From the NCBI GenBank assembly GCA_049521795.1, contig JBEKOM010000003.1, positions 157,752-221,751 on the forward strand: DNA of 64,000 nt, in the 5' to 3' direction. The notes under the pieces are model-generated. The model saw only the letters and a list, made by a program, of their open reading frames with translations, was not told the origin of the DNA and searched no databases. The DNA is from Candidatus Bathyarchaeia archaeon (GTDB lineage: Archaea > Thermoproteota > Bathyarchaeia > Bathyarchaeales > Bathycorpusculaceae). Shown one piece after another: positions 41,499-52,661 of this stretch (position 1 is its first letter; each line of letters begins with the position of its first letter). Position numbers and translations under genes: made by a program.

Positions 41499-41836
41499 AT
41501 TCTAACCTTTAACCTCAATTATCACTTCTGCCGCAGTGCCTTTTGTCTCAACATCTCCGCTTAGTCTTCGTCAGACCCCTATTTTTGAGAGAATCTTTCC
41601 AGCCCTGGAAGACCATTGAAATGCTAGCAGACGACGAAATAAAAGCTTACGCTCTTCACAAGCTCCCCGTGCGCTGGAAAAGCCCGAGCTCCGCTGCGCT
41701 GTTGATAATGCCCTTCATCTTTTGGCAACTGTGGTGCACAGCATTCAGCGACGAAGAAGACTAGCGCTTGTGCTCTGGCATTTCTGGCGAGTAAGCATAA
41801 TCTTTTAAGGTCAAATGGGTGCGCTAGGCGGCAAAA

Positions 41837-42133
41837 ATGGATAAGGGTGATGGAGTTATTCTGTTCGGAACGGATGGCGGATTGAAGCTTGATCCTTTCA
41901 TCTTCTATGCTGAGCAGGAGGAAAAACAAGTGGCAATAACTGTCGACCTGCCCTCACTGGGGAGTGACTTTGTGGACGATTTTCTAACGGCGTGCTTAAA
42001 GAATGGAAGTTCGAAAACTCTAGGCGAAGACGGCTTGAAGGTCCTGCAGATGATCAGTATGGCGTGTCTATCATCAAAACTCTGCAGAGAAGTAACTGTT
42101 AAAGATTTGAAGAAATCGAGGAGGGGTGGATGA
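41837..42133 (+). pseudogene. C-terminal fragment of a Gfo/Idh/MocA oxidoreductase
   Basis: LFGTDG..DDFL.AC..GEDGLKVLQMI..ACLSS; NAD-binding domain absent. Confidence 0.6.
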
Positions 42134-42134
42134 A

Positions 42135-42896
42135 ATGGCGAAGATACCGATTGCACTGCAGCTTTATTCAGTTCGTGAGGATTGCACGCGTGATCTCCCC
42201 GCAACTCTTGAGTCTGTTGCAGATATGAGCTATGAGGGTGTGGAGTTCGCAGGCTATTATGGTCGAAGCGCGGATGAGTTAAGGGATATTTTGGACAGTG
42301 TCGGGTTGAAAGTGTGTGGGACTCATGTTAGCATTGAGAGTTTGCTTGGAGGCGAACTGGAAAGAACAATTGAGTTCAATCAGATACTTGGCAACCGTTT
42401 CCTCGTTGTGGCTGAATTCTCGGAAGAGAGGAGAAAATCAAAGGCTGCATGGCTAAAGACAGCTCGTCTTGTAAACGAAATTTCTGAGAAGTTGAAGCCT
42501 GAACGGATGCGTTTCGGTTATCATAATCATGCAATTGAATTTCAGCTAATGAACGGAGAGTTGCCGTGGGACATTTTCTTTGGCGCAACAGTTTCTGATG
42601 TGATTATGCAACTAGACACCGGAAACGCTATGCAGGGCGGAGTCAATGCAGAAGGAATACTGGAAATCCTGAAACGATATCCTGGTCGCGCCATAACCGT
42701 ACATCTTAAGGAGTTCTCCTCGACGAATGAACGAGCACTGATCGGCGAGGGACAGATGAAGTGGAGAGAATTCTTCTCGTTATGCGAAACTGTAGGCGGA
42801 ACGGAATGGTACATCGTCGAGCAAGAGAGTTATGCCTTCCCCCCGCTCGAATGTGTGAGGCGTTGCATGAATAATCTAAGCAAAATGAGACGGTAA
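42135..42896 (+). CDS. Sugar phosphate isomerase/epimerase (xylose isomerase-like TIM barrel)
   Basis: ALQLYSVR, GVEFAGY, YHNH..EF, QLDTG, HLKE, VEQE. Confidence 0.9.
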   Translation: MAKIPIALQLYSVREDCTRDLPATLESVADMSYEGVEFAGYYGRSADELRDILDSVGLKVCGTHVSIESLLGGELERTIEFNQILGNRFLVVAEFSEERRKSKAAWLKTARLVNEISEKLKPERMRFGYHNHAIEFQLMNGELPWDIFFGATVSDVIMQLDTGNAMQGGVNAEGILEILKRYPGRAITVHLKEFSSTNERALIGEGQMKWREFFSLCETVGGTEWYIVEQESYAFPPLECVRRCMNNLSKMRR

Positions 42897-43156
42897 ATCA
42901 GTAGAAATTTCGGAGAAGCTGGGGTTCTTGACAAAAATCAGAGCTGCGCGAAAAAGCAGAATCAGGGTGATGCCTAGGCTGATAGTTCTCTCAAAGTGTC
43001 TTGTCCTTCTAATCAAGGAGTTTTCACTAAGCGACATCAGGCGATGACTTCAAAGCAGTTATGATGCACTCAGGAGAGGAATTCATCAAAGTGACACGAG
43101 CATATCCGACGCGCTTTTGGCTATCGCGGCTGTTCACCACATTCTAGACTGTTGGT

Positions 43157-44219
43157 TCATGTTTTCAGCTTGAGGCTAATGGGCTCCCATTTCCCAGACT
43201 TCATTGACTGATAGCAGGCGTCAAGTATGCAGTTGACGGTGTACCCATCCCTGAAGGTTTCTCTCGGCATCTCACTCTTGAGAAGACATGAAATAAAATG
43301 TTGCAGCTCAAAGAGGTATCCGTAGACTTCGTGTTCCCTCCAAATCGGGTACATCCACCCCTTTTTAGCATCGGCTTTTTCAGCAATATGCCCTATTTTT
43401 TCCTCTGATGCAACGGTGAAAAATCTGATGCCAGTTTCCCTAGTCAAGTCGATGAAAAATGCGCCCTCAGACCCGTATATCTCATATCGTAGGTCCAAGC
43501 CGCCATGAGCTGCCCAACTATTCTCTGATTGGCCGAGCTCGTTGCCTTCATACTTGACGAGAGCAAGGCTGTTGTCTTCTGCTTCCGTTGCATGAACAAG
43601 TGTAGCTCCCCAAGCATAAGCTTCCGTCGGCTTCTTATCAATGAGGTACCTGGCTACCTCGATTGAGTGGCAGCCCATGTCCATTAAAACGCCTCCTCCT
43701 GCGAGCTCAGGGTTCCAGAACCAAGTTGAGTGAGGCCCGAAGTGAGCTTCCCTGCTTCTGATCCAGAAAACGCTGCCGACCATCCCCTTTTTCAATTAAT
43801 TCCTTCGCTCTGGTTACGTGAGGTGTAAACGTCTGATTTTCAGCGTAGCAGTGAATCACTCCAGCTTTTTCAACGGCATCAAGCATAGCTCTTGCCTCGT
43901 TCACATTGCGGGCCAACGGCTTCTCACATATCACGTGTTTTCTGTTTTCGGCGGCTAGCAAGGCTGCCTTTTTGTGAAGGAAGTTAGGTAATCCTATATC
44001 TACCACTTCGACTTGAGAATCCTTGCACAACTTCTCAATAAAGTCATCACCAAAATAGGTCTTCTTTATTCTCCATCTATCAGCGAACTCTTCAACAGCT
44101 TCTCTCCTACGCCCTCCGACAGCTGTGACATTCGCCTCAGGAATCTCCTTGTAACAAGGCATATGAAACTCTGATTGAACGAAACCGTAACCTAACACGC
44201 CGACATTTATTTTTCTCAA
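43157..44219 (-). pseudogene. Gfo/Idh/MocA oxidoreductase split by a 1-bp frameshift
   Basis: N-half (CEKPLA) and C-half (GGGVLMDMGCH) join at GAAAAAGGGGATG near 43781-43793 if one base is removed. Confidence 0.85.
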
Positions 44220-44693
44220 TGCCTTTCCCTTCTTTGAAATATCTGGAGCTTTTTAAAGCCTTATTGGTGTACTTCGTAGCGCACGTAAAACCAGAGCAGA
44301 AAGAATTTGAAAACTTGCTTTTTAGAAAAGGAGAACAAAACCCGCAGGGTTCTCGTCTATGTCCAAGAGGTCGTCGTATTAGCTTGGGCTGAGACCTCGG
44401 TGGACTGAAGAGAAGAAACGAGGGAAACCATATGACGTGGCACTTAGCAATTGCGCGCGGGGCGATTGACGTTGAAGAGTAGCGTGAACCATGCCGGCTT
44501 AAGGGGGTACAACCAAACTTTCCTAATAGGCCTGTCCGTCTCAGCTTCTGAGAAGAATCGAAAGCTGAAGCCCTTTAACTTGAAAACGAGAGCAGAGAAA
44601 TCCAGCTGCTACCGATTCAAAACGATCATTTAATTCGCCCGCGCGTATCAGCAAAACAAAGCTTAAATACTCATTGAGGCGATATGTGATTCG

Positions 44694-45395
44694 GTGCTTA
44701 CCACGACGAACCTAACAGCTCAAATAACAAGAAGGCCGATATTATCTGTATTCTTCTCAGCGGTCATCTTCTGCGCAATAATTCTGTATGGCTTAAGCGT
44801 GAGCGTGCCAACAGCATCAGCCGCTACAACACCTCAGATCCTAATCAGTCCGAGCTCTGCCGGTTACAGCGTTGGACAGACCTTCACGATGACCATTAAC
44901 CTGACAGGTTTTACAAACCTGTACCTGTACCAATTGGTGTTCAAGTACAACGGCACAGTCTTAAACTTGACCAACCTCTGGTTCCCGGCTAATAACGTCT
45001 TCAGTGGCCACAACGTCGTAACTGTTTGGTCGAACGACACTGAGGCGGCGGGAGACACCGTCGATCACCTCAACTACACCATGGCTGGTCAATCGTTGAT
45101 TGGCACGGGATCCGTGTCGGTTACCAACGGCGTGCTCTGCGACGTGAACTTCACGGCGGTTGGACTCGGACAGTCAACCATCGCGGTCGCCACCAAGGAC
45201 GCCCCTGCTAACGCGCCCACGCGCACCTGGTATACATACTGTCAGGATCCAGCCAGCACTGAGTACGATATTTTCGTGACTCCAGCCAGCACTATAACTG
45301 TGCCAGAGTTTACGCCTATCCTACTAATGATGATGCTACCTATCCTAGCAGCCGCAGTTCTAATAGCTCGCAAGAAGCTCGGGCGACGGGCTTAG
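44694..45395 (+). CDS. Cohesin-domain surface protein with PEF-CTERM sorting signal
   Basis: Signal peptide; VGQTFTMTINL..NLYLYQLVFKYN..VL..GVLCDVNF.A.G.GQS cohesin pattern; VPEF + TM + RKKLGRR. Confidence 0.8.
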   Translation: MLTTTNLTAQITRRPILSVFFSAVIFCAIILYGLSVSVPTASAATTPQILISPSSAGYSVGQTFTMTINLTGFTNLYLYQLVFKYNGTVLNLTNLWFPANNVFSGHNVVTVWSNDTEAAGDTVDHLNYTMAGQSLIGTGSVSVTNGVLCDVNFTAVGLGQSTIAVATKDAPANAPTRTWYTYCQDPASTEYDIFVTPASTITVPEFTPILLMMMLPILAAAVLIARKKLGRRA

Positions 45396-45756
45396 GTGAC
45401 TGCTTAAGGACCCCACGCTCCAGCTTTAAGTATCCTTTTTTCTTCCCCATGAGTACGAGGTCGTCTAGCATTTAATTGCGGTTTGATTTTTCATGAACTG
45501 TTTCGTCGACCAGCAACTTTGGTTCTGCTAGAAATATGCCACCTCAAAGTTTCAGCGGTCCAAAGAGGATATTCGAACGCTTTCAACTTGTTTTAGGGTT
45601 CATTTTCTGTCTAGTCAGACAGTTTGTTAGTTGACTTTGAATAATATTCGAAATGGTGAGCTTTTTGACTTTCTGCTGTTCGTGCCTGTGCGCATGCCTG
45701 TTTCGAAAATGGCCAAGAATGGTTTGGAATTTTCTTGTATGGGTTGAGTTATAGAT

Positions 45757-46146
45757 TTGTTTGATCAGCGTGTCTTGGCCGTGCTGAACGACGGTGAGCC
45801 TAGATTTTTCGCTCAACTTCTAGACGCGGCGGGTTTCAGTCGCAACACGCTGAAACTGGGCCTCAAGCGCCTGATAGCTCAGAGCTTGGTGGTGAAGGAA
45901 AAAACGCTCATGAATGGACGGGGAAGGCCCAAATACACCTATTACACAAGGCCCAGAACCCGGCGACAGGTTTCCGCCGCCCTATCAGACCCGTCAATAA
46001 TGAGTGTGACCCTCCCGTTCAGCCGCATAAGACACCTCTGCAGGTTCGAGAAAGGCGGATACTGCAAACAAGTTAGAAACAGGTGTGACCCAATAAACTG
46101 CAAATCCCAAGAGTCAAAGAATAGAAGCCATTTTTGGCCATTTTAG
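45757..46146 (+). CDS. Winged-HTH protein with C-terminal Cys cluster
   Basis: GFSRNTLK..LKRL..GRGRPKYTY; C..EKGGYC..C..NC. Confidence 0.65.
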   Translation: MFDQRVLAVLNDGEPRFFAQLLDAAGFSRNTLKLGLKRLIAQSLVVKEKTLMNGRGRPKYTYYTRPRTRRQVSAALSDPSIMSVTLPFSRIRHLCRFEKGGYCKQVRNRCDPINCKSQESKNRSHFWPF

Positions 46147-46325
46147 GAACACGCATGTGCGCTGTGCTCAATGCCTCGTACACCTTTGTGGTGACGGCAA
46201 TCGTCCTTGCGATGGCAACCGTATACCGTCATAATAGGGACCAAAAGCATCAGATTGATGATCCTATAGAGCGTGCCAATAAAAAAAGGGAAGATGTTTG
46301 TGGTCGCTGGTCCTCACTAGTGCTG

Positions 46326-48551
46326 CTACGTGTAAGTGTATGTTGTGCCGAAAGCCTTTGCGACGGTTCCAATGTCTTTCATGTCTACTTGGCGGCCGTC
46401 ATTTATGTCGCATATTGTATTCCATCTTGCGCTGCCTGGGATTGTGCCGAAAGCGCCTGCAACAAGTGCTATGTCCTTCATGTCTACTATTCCGTCACCG
46501 TTCAAGTCGAGGTTCTTTGGGTGAAGTCTCCAGATGCCCAACTGGAGGTCTGCTAAGTTCGCCCTGCCGATGTAGGGACCGCATGGGAGCAACGGGTTCG
46601 AGTACTGGTCAGCGAAGCCAATCCAATACTTGTCGCTGTAGATGTACCAATTGGGATGCCCTCCCTCAGGAATGATAGGGATATTGCTTCCAACGATCTG
46701 TTCGATTTGATTGGCGATGTTCTGTTGAGCCTGCGAGCCAGCGGGCACTGTGTCAAGGCTGGCGATTAGAGTCGTCAACGTTGGATTTCTGTAGCTACCA
46801 TAGTGGTTCCAAGTTCCTTCGTATGAACCCGTGAAGAACTGGGTGTAACGCTCAAACATGTTATTGTCCAAGGCGCCTTCCATGCAGTAGTCCGCGAAGT
46901 CAAAGCTGCTGTTGCCTTTAACGTAGTTCATGCGATCTACGTATTCGGGCGACCAACCTGGGGGTCCCAAGAGGTCCGATACGAGGTTTATGCCTAGACT
47001 CTGTTGCACCGAGTAACATACGATTGAGTCTGCAGCGTTGACGTCTGACCATCCGGCGATGTTTATGAGATTCCATACTCCCGACCCGGCACCAACTGTG
47101 GGAATCGCCACGTGGACTTTTCCGTCACCCCAGCTAGGCAGCGCATTCACAACCTTTGAGTCGCCGCTTGAATATTCCGGATACAGAGCAAGCTCGTCTG
47201 CAGTCGGACCGTCCTTCGTGTACCATTGCCCGGATACCGACCCTTTCGTACCGTCTCCCTTGAAGCAGTATTGATTTAGGATTGCGAGCGCGTCTGTCGG
47301 GTTGTAAGTAGGTTGGTATTGACTCTCGATAGTCGTGTTCACTAGCAGTCGAGCAATAGCGTCGTCTACAGGTAATAATAGAACACTAGGCGTCCTCAAA
47401 TAGTAGCTGTCGACCGCGCTGATAGCAGTATAGTTTATGCATTCTGCTATGGCTTTCGCGAGCCAAGGTTCACCTACTGGGTACTCGCGGTGGTTTGGAA
47501 CTATGCACAATGCTGACCCGTCTGGGAAGTACGGTAGATCCCAGAAATACGTGTGCACATTCGGATTCGTAGTCGTAATGGTCTGCAAGCCTGCAATGTA
47601 ATTGCCGTCCCAGTCGATATCTCCGGACTCTACTGCGGCCGGTACAAAAGCGTTACCGGCGAAGAAGTAGTTTTCAAGGTACTGAGGCATCGGTTTTCTG
47701 CCGAAGTCCGCGTCGTTCGCGCCCCACCAGATGGGGTTTCTCTGCATGATCGTGTCCTTAGATACAGTGTCGTGATACCAGGGCAGATACATTCCTGAGG
47801 CGACCATCCATGCCTGCGGCATAGACTGGGATTGGCCTGTCCAATCGTTTGCGAATGACAACGGGGTAGTAGCATAACCATCTTTCGTGTCGCTCATTAT
47901 CTGGGTCCAAACGTCCCATGGAAGTATGAGGACGTTCTTGGTGATGGCGCGAAATGCGACGTCGCTGTTTGCAAATGCGGGGTTCAGGCGAATTACGAAT
48001 TCATGGTCACTGATGATCACAAAGCTGTTTAGGTCATTGCTTGTTCCATTATTCTCCAATCTGTCTCTGAGGCCATTCAAGTAAGTGCACCAAGTGCCCG
48101 ACGAAAAGAATCCTCCATAAAGCCAGAAGGTATAGTTGACGTCCTTGGCTGTTATCGGCCTATAGTTCACAGGACCGCTAGCCGTCAGGTTCACCCAATA
48201 AATGTCAGAGCGAAGGACCACGTCTATGGCGGTGCTGTTGACCCATGATATGCTCTTGCCCAACCAATTAATTTGTGTACCAGTCGCAAGGTTTTGTCCG
48301 AACAATGGCTCATACATTATGCCCACGTCAAAACCCATATTCCCGCTGTCATATTGCAATGGATTGAAATCAGTAACATCCGCCGAGTAGCCGGCACACA
48401 CCAGGAGTTCGCTGCGCGGTGGGGTTGTATAAGTGAACCAATTAGCTGAAGACACTGTATAAACATTTGAAAGGCACATGACCACGAGCAGCATGGTCGC
48501 AGTTAGTAGTGCTGTTATCGCTTGTATTTGTCTTTTGTTAAATGTTCTCAA
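46326..48551 (-). CDS. ABC transporter family-5 solute-binding protein with C-terminal dockerin
   Basis: YEPLF, ITAKDV.YTF, SGMY, RNPIWWG; terminal duplicated DLNGDGIVDMKDI..VAGAFG / DINDGRQVDMKDI..VAKAFG. Confidence 0.9.
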   Translation of the reverse strand: MRTFNKRQIQAITALLTATMLLVVMCLSNVYTVSSANWFTYTTPPRSELLVCAGYSADVTDFNPLQYDSGNMGFDVGIMYEPLFGQNLATGTQINWLGKSISWVNSTAIDVVLRSDIYWVNLTASGPVNYRPITAKDVNYTFWLYGGFFSSGTWCTYLNGLRDRLENNGTSNDLNSFVIISDHEFVIRLNPAFANSDVAFRAITKNVLILPWDVWTQIMSDTKDGYATTPLSFANDWTGQSQSMPQAWMVASGMYLPWYHDTVSKDTIMQRNPIWWGANDADFGRKPMPQYLENYFFAGNAFVPAAVESGDIDWDGNYIAGLQTITTTNPNVHTYFWDLPYFPDGSALCIVPNHREYPVGEPWLAKAIAECINYTAISAVDSYYLRTPSVLLLPVDDAIARLLVNTTIESQYQPTYNPTDALAILNQYCFKGDGTKGSVSGQWYTKDGPTADELALYPEYSSGDSKVVNALPSWGDGKVHVAIPTVGAGSGVWNLINIAGWSDVNAADSIVCYSVQQSLGINLVSDLLGPPGWSPEYVDRMNYVKGNSSFDFADYCMEGALDNNMFERYTQFFTGSYEGTWNHYGSYRNPTLTTLIASLDTVPAGSQAQQNIANQIEQIVGSNIPIIPEGGHPNWYIYSDKYWIGFADQYSNPLLPCGPYIGRANLADLQLGIWRLHPKNLDLNGDGIVDMKDIALVAGAFGTIPGSARWNTICDINDGRQVDMKDIGTVAKAFGTTYTYT

Positions 48552-48706
48552 TTTTCCTCTTTCCTTCTCTTAATTCCTACTTAATTGGTTAACTGCGCAT
48601 TGTTTAAAAGGTTTATGGGCCAACGTTTCAAGAGAAAGTCACCCTCAAGTGAAGGGACGAGAACTGGCCAGTAATGAAGCTTCTGACATCCTGTTTTTCG
48701 CGAGTT

Positions 48707-49516
48707 TTAGCTGTATTCCCATTTTTCGTACAGTCTGGGTACGCTTGCAAGCAAACTCTTTGTGTACGGATGTTTCGGTCTGACGAAAACTTCGTCTACG
48801 GGGCCCTGTTCAACCACTATTCCCTTCTCCATCACAACGATCCTGTCGGAGATGTACTGAGCTTGACCAATATCGTGCGTTATGAACAGCACTGCTAATC
48901 CTTTATCTCTTTTTAGGCTTAGAAGGAGGTTCAAGATTCCAGCGCGCGTCGATGCATCGATCATGCTTGTTGGTTCATCGGCTATCAGCAATTCTGCACC
49001 TATGACTAGGGCCCTCGCGATGAGGATGCGCTGCATTTGGCCGCCGCTCAACTGATGCGGATGTCTGCCTAAGACTTCATTAGGATTTAGCCCGATCGAT
49101 TTTAATGTGGACTCACTTATTTCTTTTCTCTCATCAGGGGAATAGTGATGGTTGAGAAGACCAAAAGCCTTGTCCAAAACGCGGTCAACCTTATAAAATG
49201 GATTAAATGCAGAGTAGGGATCCTGAAAAATCGCTTGCACTCGCCTATAGTAGTCTCGCTTATCGTATGAAAGCATGTTCTTGCCGTCGAAAAGGATGTC
49301 GCCAGAGGTCGGTTTAATCAACCTCAGAATCATCTTGGCCACGGTCGATTTGCCGCTGCCACTTTCACCTACCAGAGAAACTATCTCTCCTCTTTTAATA
49401 TCGAAACTCGCGTTTTTTGCGCCAACTACAGACTTCGTTCTTACGAAGCCCGAAGTGTATATCTTGGTCAAATCCTTACATTGCAAAAGAACCTTGTCAG
49501 CGTTCATCTTATTCAC
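48707..49516 (-). CDS. ABC transporter ATP-binding subunit (OppF/DppF-like)
   Basis: GESGSGKST, LSGGQ, ADEPT, HPYT. Confidence 0.92.
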   Translation of the reverse strand: MNKMNADKVLLQCKDLTKIYTSGFVRTKSVVGAKNASFDIKRGEIVSLVGESGSGKSTVAKMILRLIKPTSGDILFDGKNMLSYDKRDYYRRVQAIFQDPYSAFNPFYKVDRVLDKAFGLLNHHYSPDERKEISESTLKSIGLNPNEVLGRHPHQLSGGQMQRILIARALVIGAELLIADEPTSMIDASTRAGILNLLLSLKRDKGLAVLFITHDIGQAQYISDRIVVMEKGIVVEQGPVDEVFVRPKHPYTKSLLASVPRLYEKWEYS

Positions 49517-50497
49517 TCAATAATCGCAGCAAGCACACTCTCTCTTGCCCTTTTCAGCTTTGAGTATCGGAGGTTCGGTGGTTTTGCAAGCGTGCGTTGC
49601 GTTCGGGCATCTTGGATGGAATCTGCATCCAGACGGAGGGTTCCTCAAATCAGGAGCTTCTCCAGGTATGCTCTTTAATGCTCCCTTTTGTCTTCCTTCT
49701 GGGTCGTAAGAGACCACGGAAGTTATGAGTCCCTTAGTGTAGGGATGATGGGGATCGTTTATTATGTCGTCCATGGGTCCCGTTTCAACAATCTGTCCGC
49801 AATACATAACTGCACATCTATCGCAGAGCTGTCTCAAGCTAGTGATGTCATGAGATATATATAGCATGCTCTCGATTATTCCCGCCTGTTTCAAATCTAA
49901 GAGAGATTTTATCATGAGTTTTTGCGAAGTCACATCAAGTGCAGAAGTTGGCTCGTCGATTACGAGAAGCTTTGGGTTCCAAAGGGTCGATATTCCTATG
50001 ACAACCCTCTGCTTCATGCCTCCACTGAGTTCAAGTGGATAACGATCGAGTACCCAACTCTCTAGTCCTAACTTCTTGAGATGTTCTCCCGCCATTTTGA
50101 GGACTTCCTCTCTCGAGGGTTCTTTGCCTGTGCGCTCTTTTACGACATCCATGATGAAATCCCTTATTCTTTTTACCGGATTCAAAGACTCCATTGAGGC
50201 CTGAGGCACGTAGGACATACGCTTGCATTTGACTTCTGTTCTCAAAACTTCTTTGTCGATGTTGTATATATCAAACCCATCGACGAGGATTTTGCCTCCT
50301 TCAAAATGTAACAGCGGAGGTGGGGAACCTGAAACGAGTTCTGCGAGAGTGGATTTTCCACAGCCTGATTCACCAGCAAGACCTATTATTTCACCCTTGT
50401 CAAGTGTAAGCGAAACTCCATCGACACCAAATACTACGCCAAATGTGCCTCTGTAATAACCCTTGAGTTCTTCGATTTCAAGTAGGTGCTGAACCAT
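49517..50497 (-). CDS. ABC transporter ATP-binding subunit (OppD/DppD-like)
   Basis: GESGCGKST, LSGGM, DEPT, GCRFHPRC. Confidence 0.92.
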   Translation of the reverse strand: MVQHLLEIEELKGYYRGTFGVVFGVDGVSLTLDKGEIIGLAGESGCGKSTLAELVSGSPPPLLHFEGGKILVDGFDIYNIDKEVLRTEVKCKRMSYVPQASMESLNPVKRIRDFIMDVVKERTGKEPSREEVLKMAGEHLKKLGLESWVLDRYPLELSGGMKQRVVIGISTLWNPKLLVIDEPTSALDVTSQKLMIKSLLDLKQAGIIESMLYISHDITSLRQLCDRCAVMYCGQIVETGPMDDIINDPHHPYTKGLITSVVSYDPEGRQKGALKSIPGEAPDLRNPPSGCRFHPRCPNATHACKTTEPPILKAEKGKRECACCDY

Positions 50498-50503
50498 CTA
50501 AAA

Positions 50504-51340
50504 TCACTCTCTTCTCAACCTGGGATTAAACAATTCGTCCATCCCTGCGTGCATAACAAAAACAGCTGACAGGAATAAGGTTAACACGATGCCCGGCGGG
50601 ATGAACCACCACCAAACACCCCACCACTGTGGAGTTATGGTTTCGTTCATCGCATGGAAAAGCATTTGCCCCAACGTAACGCTGTTGGAAGGACCTACGC
50701 CTAACATGCTGATTCCCGCCTCAGTTAGCATACCACCACCAGCCAATAACACAAAAACCATAATAATATATGCCAGCATATTTGGCAAGACTTCTGTTAT
50801 CACCGTTGTTATATCTTTCATCCCTGACAATCGAGCCACATTTATGAATTCTCTTTCTTTTAGGCTGAACACTTGCGATCTGATGCTTCTCGCCGCCCAA
50901 GGCCAATAAAACAATGCTATTAGCAGCCCAACTAGTAATAGAGATCTTTGCTGGGTAAGTTCCGCTACGATTAATAATAGGGGTATCATGGGAAAAACTA
51001 TCATTACGTTGGTGACAAAACTCGAAATTTCGTCAGCCAAACCTCCTTTGTATGGGCCCAAAGCACCAAATAGAACGGCGATCAACGTGCCCAAACCTCC
51101 AGCTAACGCGCCCACTTCCAGGGAGTTGCGTATTCCCGTGCACAACTGGGCAAACACATCTTCTCCTAAGACAGTCGTGCCCAGAAGATAATCACTGTTA
51201 GGGGGTTTCGCCATTATATTGTAATTCTGCTTTAGCGGGTCTCGAGTTACATAGGGGCCTATTATCCCAATCATGACGATTGCTAACACAATTGCTAAGC
51301 CAACGATGAATTTCTTACTTCTCAGGAGGGTTTCCCACAT
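50504..51340 (-). CDS. ABC transporter permease (OppC/DppC-like)
   Basis: LGT..GED, REFINVAR.SG loop, WWWFIPPG. Confidence 0.9.
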   Translation of the reverse strand: MWETLLRSKKFIVGLAIVLAIVMIGIIGPYVTRDPLKQNYNIMAKPPNSDYLLGTTVLGEDVFAQLCTGIRNSLEVGALAGGLGTLIAVLFGALGPYKGGLADEISSFVTNVMIVFPMIPLLLIVAELTQQRSLLLVGLLIALFYWPWAARSIRSQVFSLKEREFINVARLSGMKDITTVITEVLPNMLAYIIMVFVLLAGGGMLTEAGISMLGVGPSNSVTLGQMLFHAMNETITPQWWGVWWWFIPPGIVLTLFLSAVFVMHAGMDELFNPRLRRE

Positions 51341-51342
51341 TT

Positions 51343-52383
51343 CTATCGTCCGCGTCCAGTTCGGATGCGTGGGTCTATGAATCCGTACAGGATGTCGATA
51401 AGAAAGTTGCCCAGAATCGCCACGACCATGAGAACCATAAAGCCACCGAAAAGTAACATGTAGTCATCGGCTCCCACAGCGTCAAACATCATTTTACCGA
51501 TTCCAGGCCATCCAAAGATGATTTCAAGTATCGCGGTCTCCCCGATGAGAGCATTGAACTGCAAGTTCAGACCAGTGACCTGAGGAAGTATGGCGTTCCT
51601 CTCAGCGTAAGACATCAGCTTGTTCTTTGTGAAGCCCAACTGTTCACCGTAGCGCACGTAGCCCGAGTCCATCTCATGAATGATCATCGACCTCATGCCG
51701 GTAGCCCACCCCCCCACGTATATGATGAACAACGTGAGGAAGGGCAATGAATAGTGCCGTAAGAGGTCGAGAAAGAAACTGAGGCTCCAGTTGGGTATCG
51801 TCCCCATGGTGGCTATTCCATATGCGGGAAAAACCTTAAGGACCGCTGCGAAAACGAACACAAGAACCATTCCGAACCAGAAACTCGGTAGCCTGTTGGA
51901 AAAAACTGAAAAGAAATAAGCTAGTGTGCTCCGTTTACCGCCCGCATACGCGGCTTTGGCTCCTATCCAATTCCCCAAAAAGAAACTCAGGAGAAGCACA
52001 GGAACTACTATGGCCAACGTATAAGGCAGCCTCAACATGACCATACTCATAACGCTCTGTGGGTAATTTATCGGGTATGACGGCCCCAAGTTTAGCGTAA
52101 AAAGTTCACGCCAGAAAAGTATGTATTGGTCGAACAAAGGTTTGTCTAGGCCAAAATACTCCATCAACTTTGCTTTCAATACTAGATAATTTGTTCCACC
52201 CGCTTGTCCACTAATACCACTTAGGCTTGAAATCATTCGATCAACAGGATTGCCCGGCATAAGGTGAGTAATGAAAAATACAAAGGTCATCGCAACAAAT
52301 GCCACGACCACGTAAAAAACAACTTTCTTGGCGACAAATGCCGCAAAAGGATTGTGAAATAGACCTTTAGCGCGCCTGCGCAT
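51343..52383 (-). CDS. ABC transporter permease (OppB/DppB-like)
   Basis: MPGNP, GLDKPL..QY, FGWPGIG, DPRIR. Confidence 0.9.
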   Translation of the reverse strand: MRRRAKGLFHNPFAAFVAKKVVFYVVVAFVAMTFVFFITHLMPGNPVDRMISSLSGISGQAGGTNYLVLKAKLMEYFGLDKPLFDQYILFWRELFTLNLGPSYPINYPQSVMSMVMLRLPYTLAIVVPVLLLSFFLGNWIGAKAAYAGGKRSTLAYFFSVFSNRLPSFWFGMVLVFVFAAVLKVFPAYGIATMGTIPNWSLSFFLDLLRHYSLPFLTLFIIYVGGWATGMRSMIIHEMDSGYVRYGEQLGFTKNKLMSYAERNAILPQVTGLNLQFNALIGETAILEIIFGWPGIGKMMFDAVGADDYMLLFGGFMVLMVVAILGNFLIDILYGFIDPRIRTGRGR

Positions 52384-52454
52384 GCTTTAATACGTCTTTT
52401 TGTTCCCTATAAATCTTGTCACACGCGCGCCAAGGTTCTCGTTCGCGCGCAGCG

Positions 52455-52661
52455 TCAATGCCTCATTGTAATAAGTATTACAATACCTATGCAGAAGAGA
52501 ATCCATGAGGTGAAAAATGCCGTCACTGGGTTAAAATCGATTTGAAAAGGAGCTTGATTGATCTGGTACAGATAGGAATAAACCAACAGAAGTACGAACT
52601 GCAAAATGAGAAGGCTTCCTATCAAAATGAAAACAAGTCTCTTCGTAACCTTCATTTTCAT
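52455..52661 (-). CDS. Small two-TM membrane protein
   Basis: Two hydrophobic helices; flanked on both sides by (GC)n runs. Confidence 0.45.
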   Translation of the reverse strand: MKMKVTKRLVFILIGSLLILQFVLLLVYSYLYQINQAPFQIDFNPVTAFFTSWILFCIGIVILITMRH

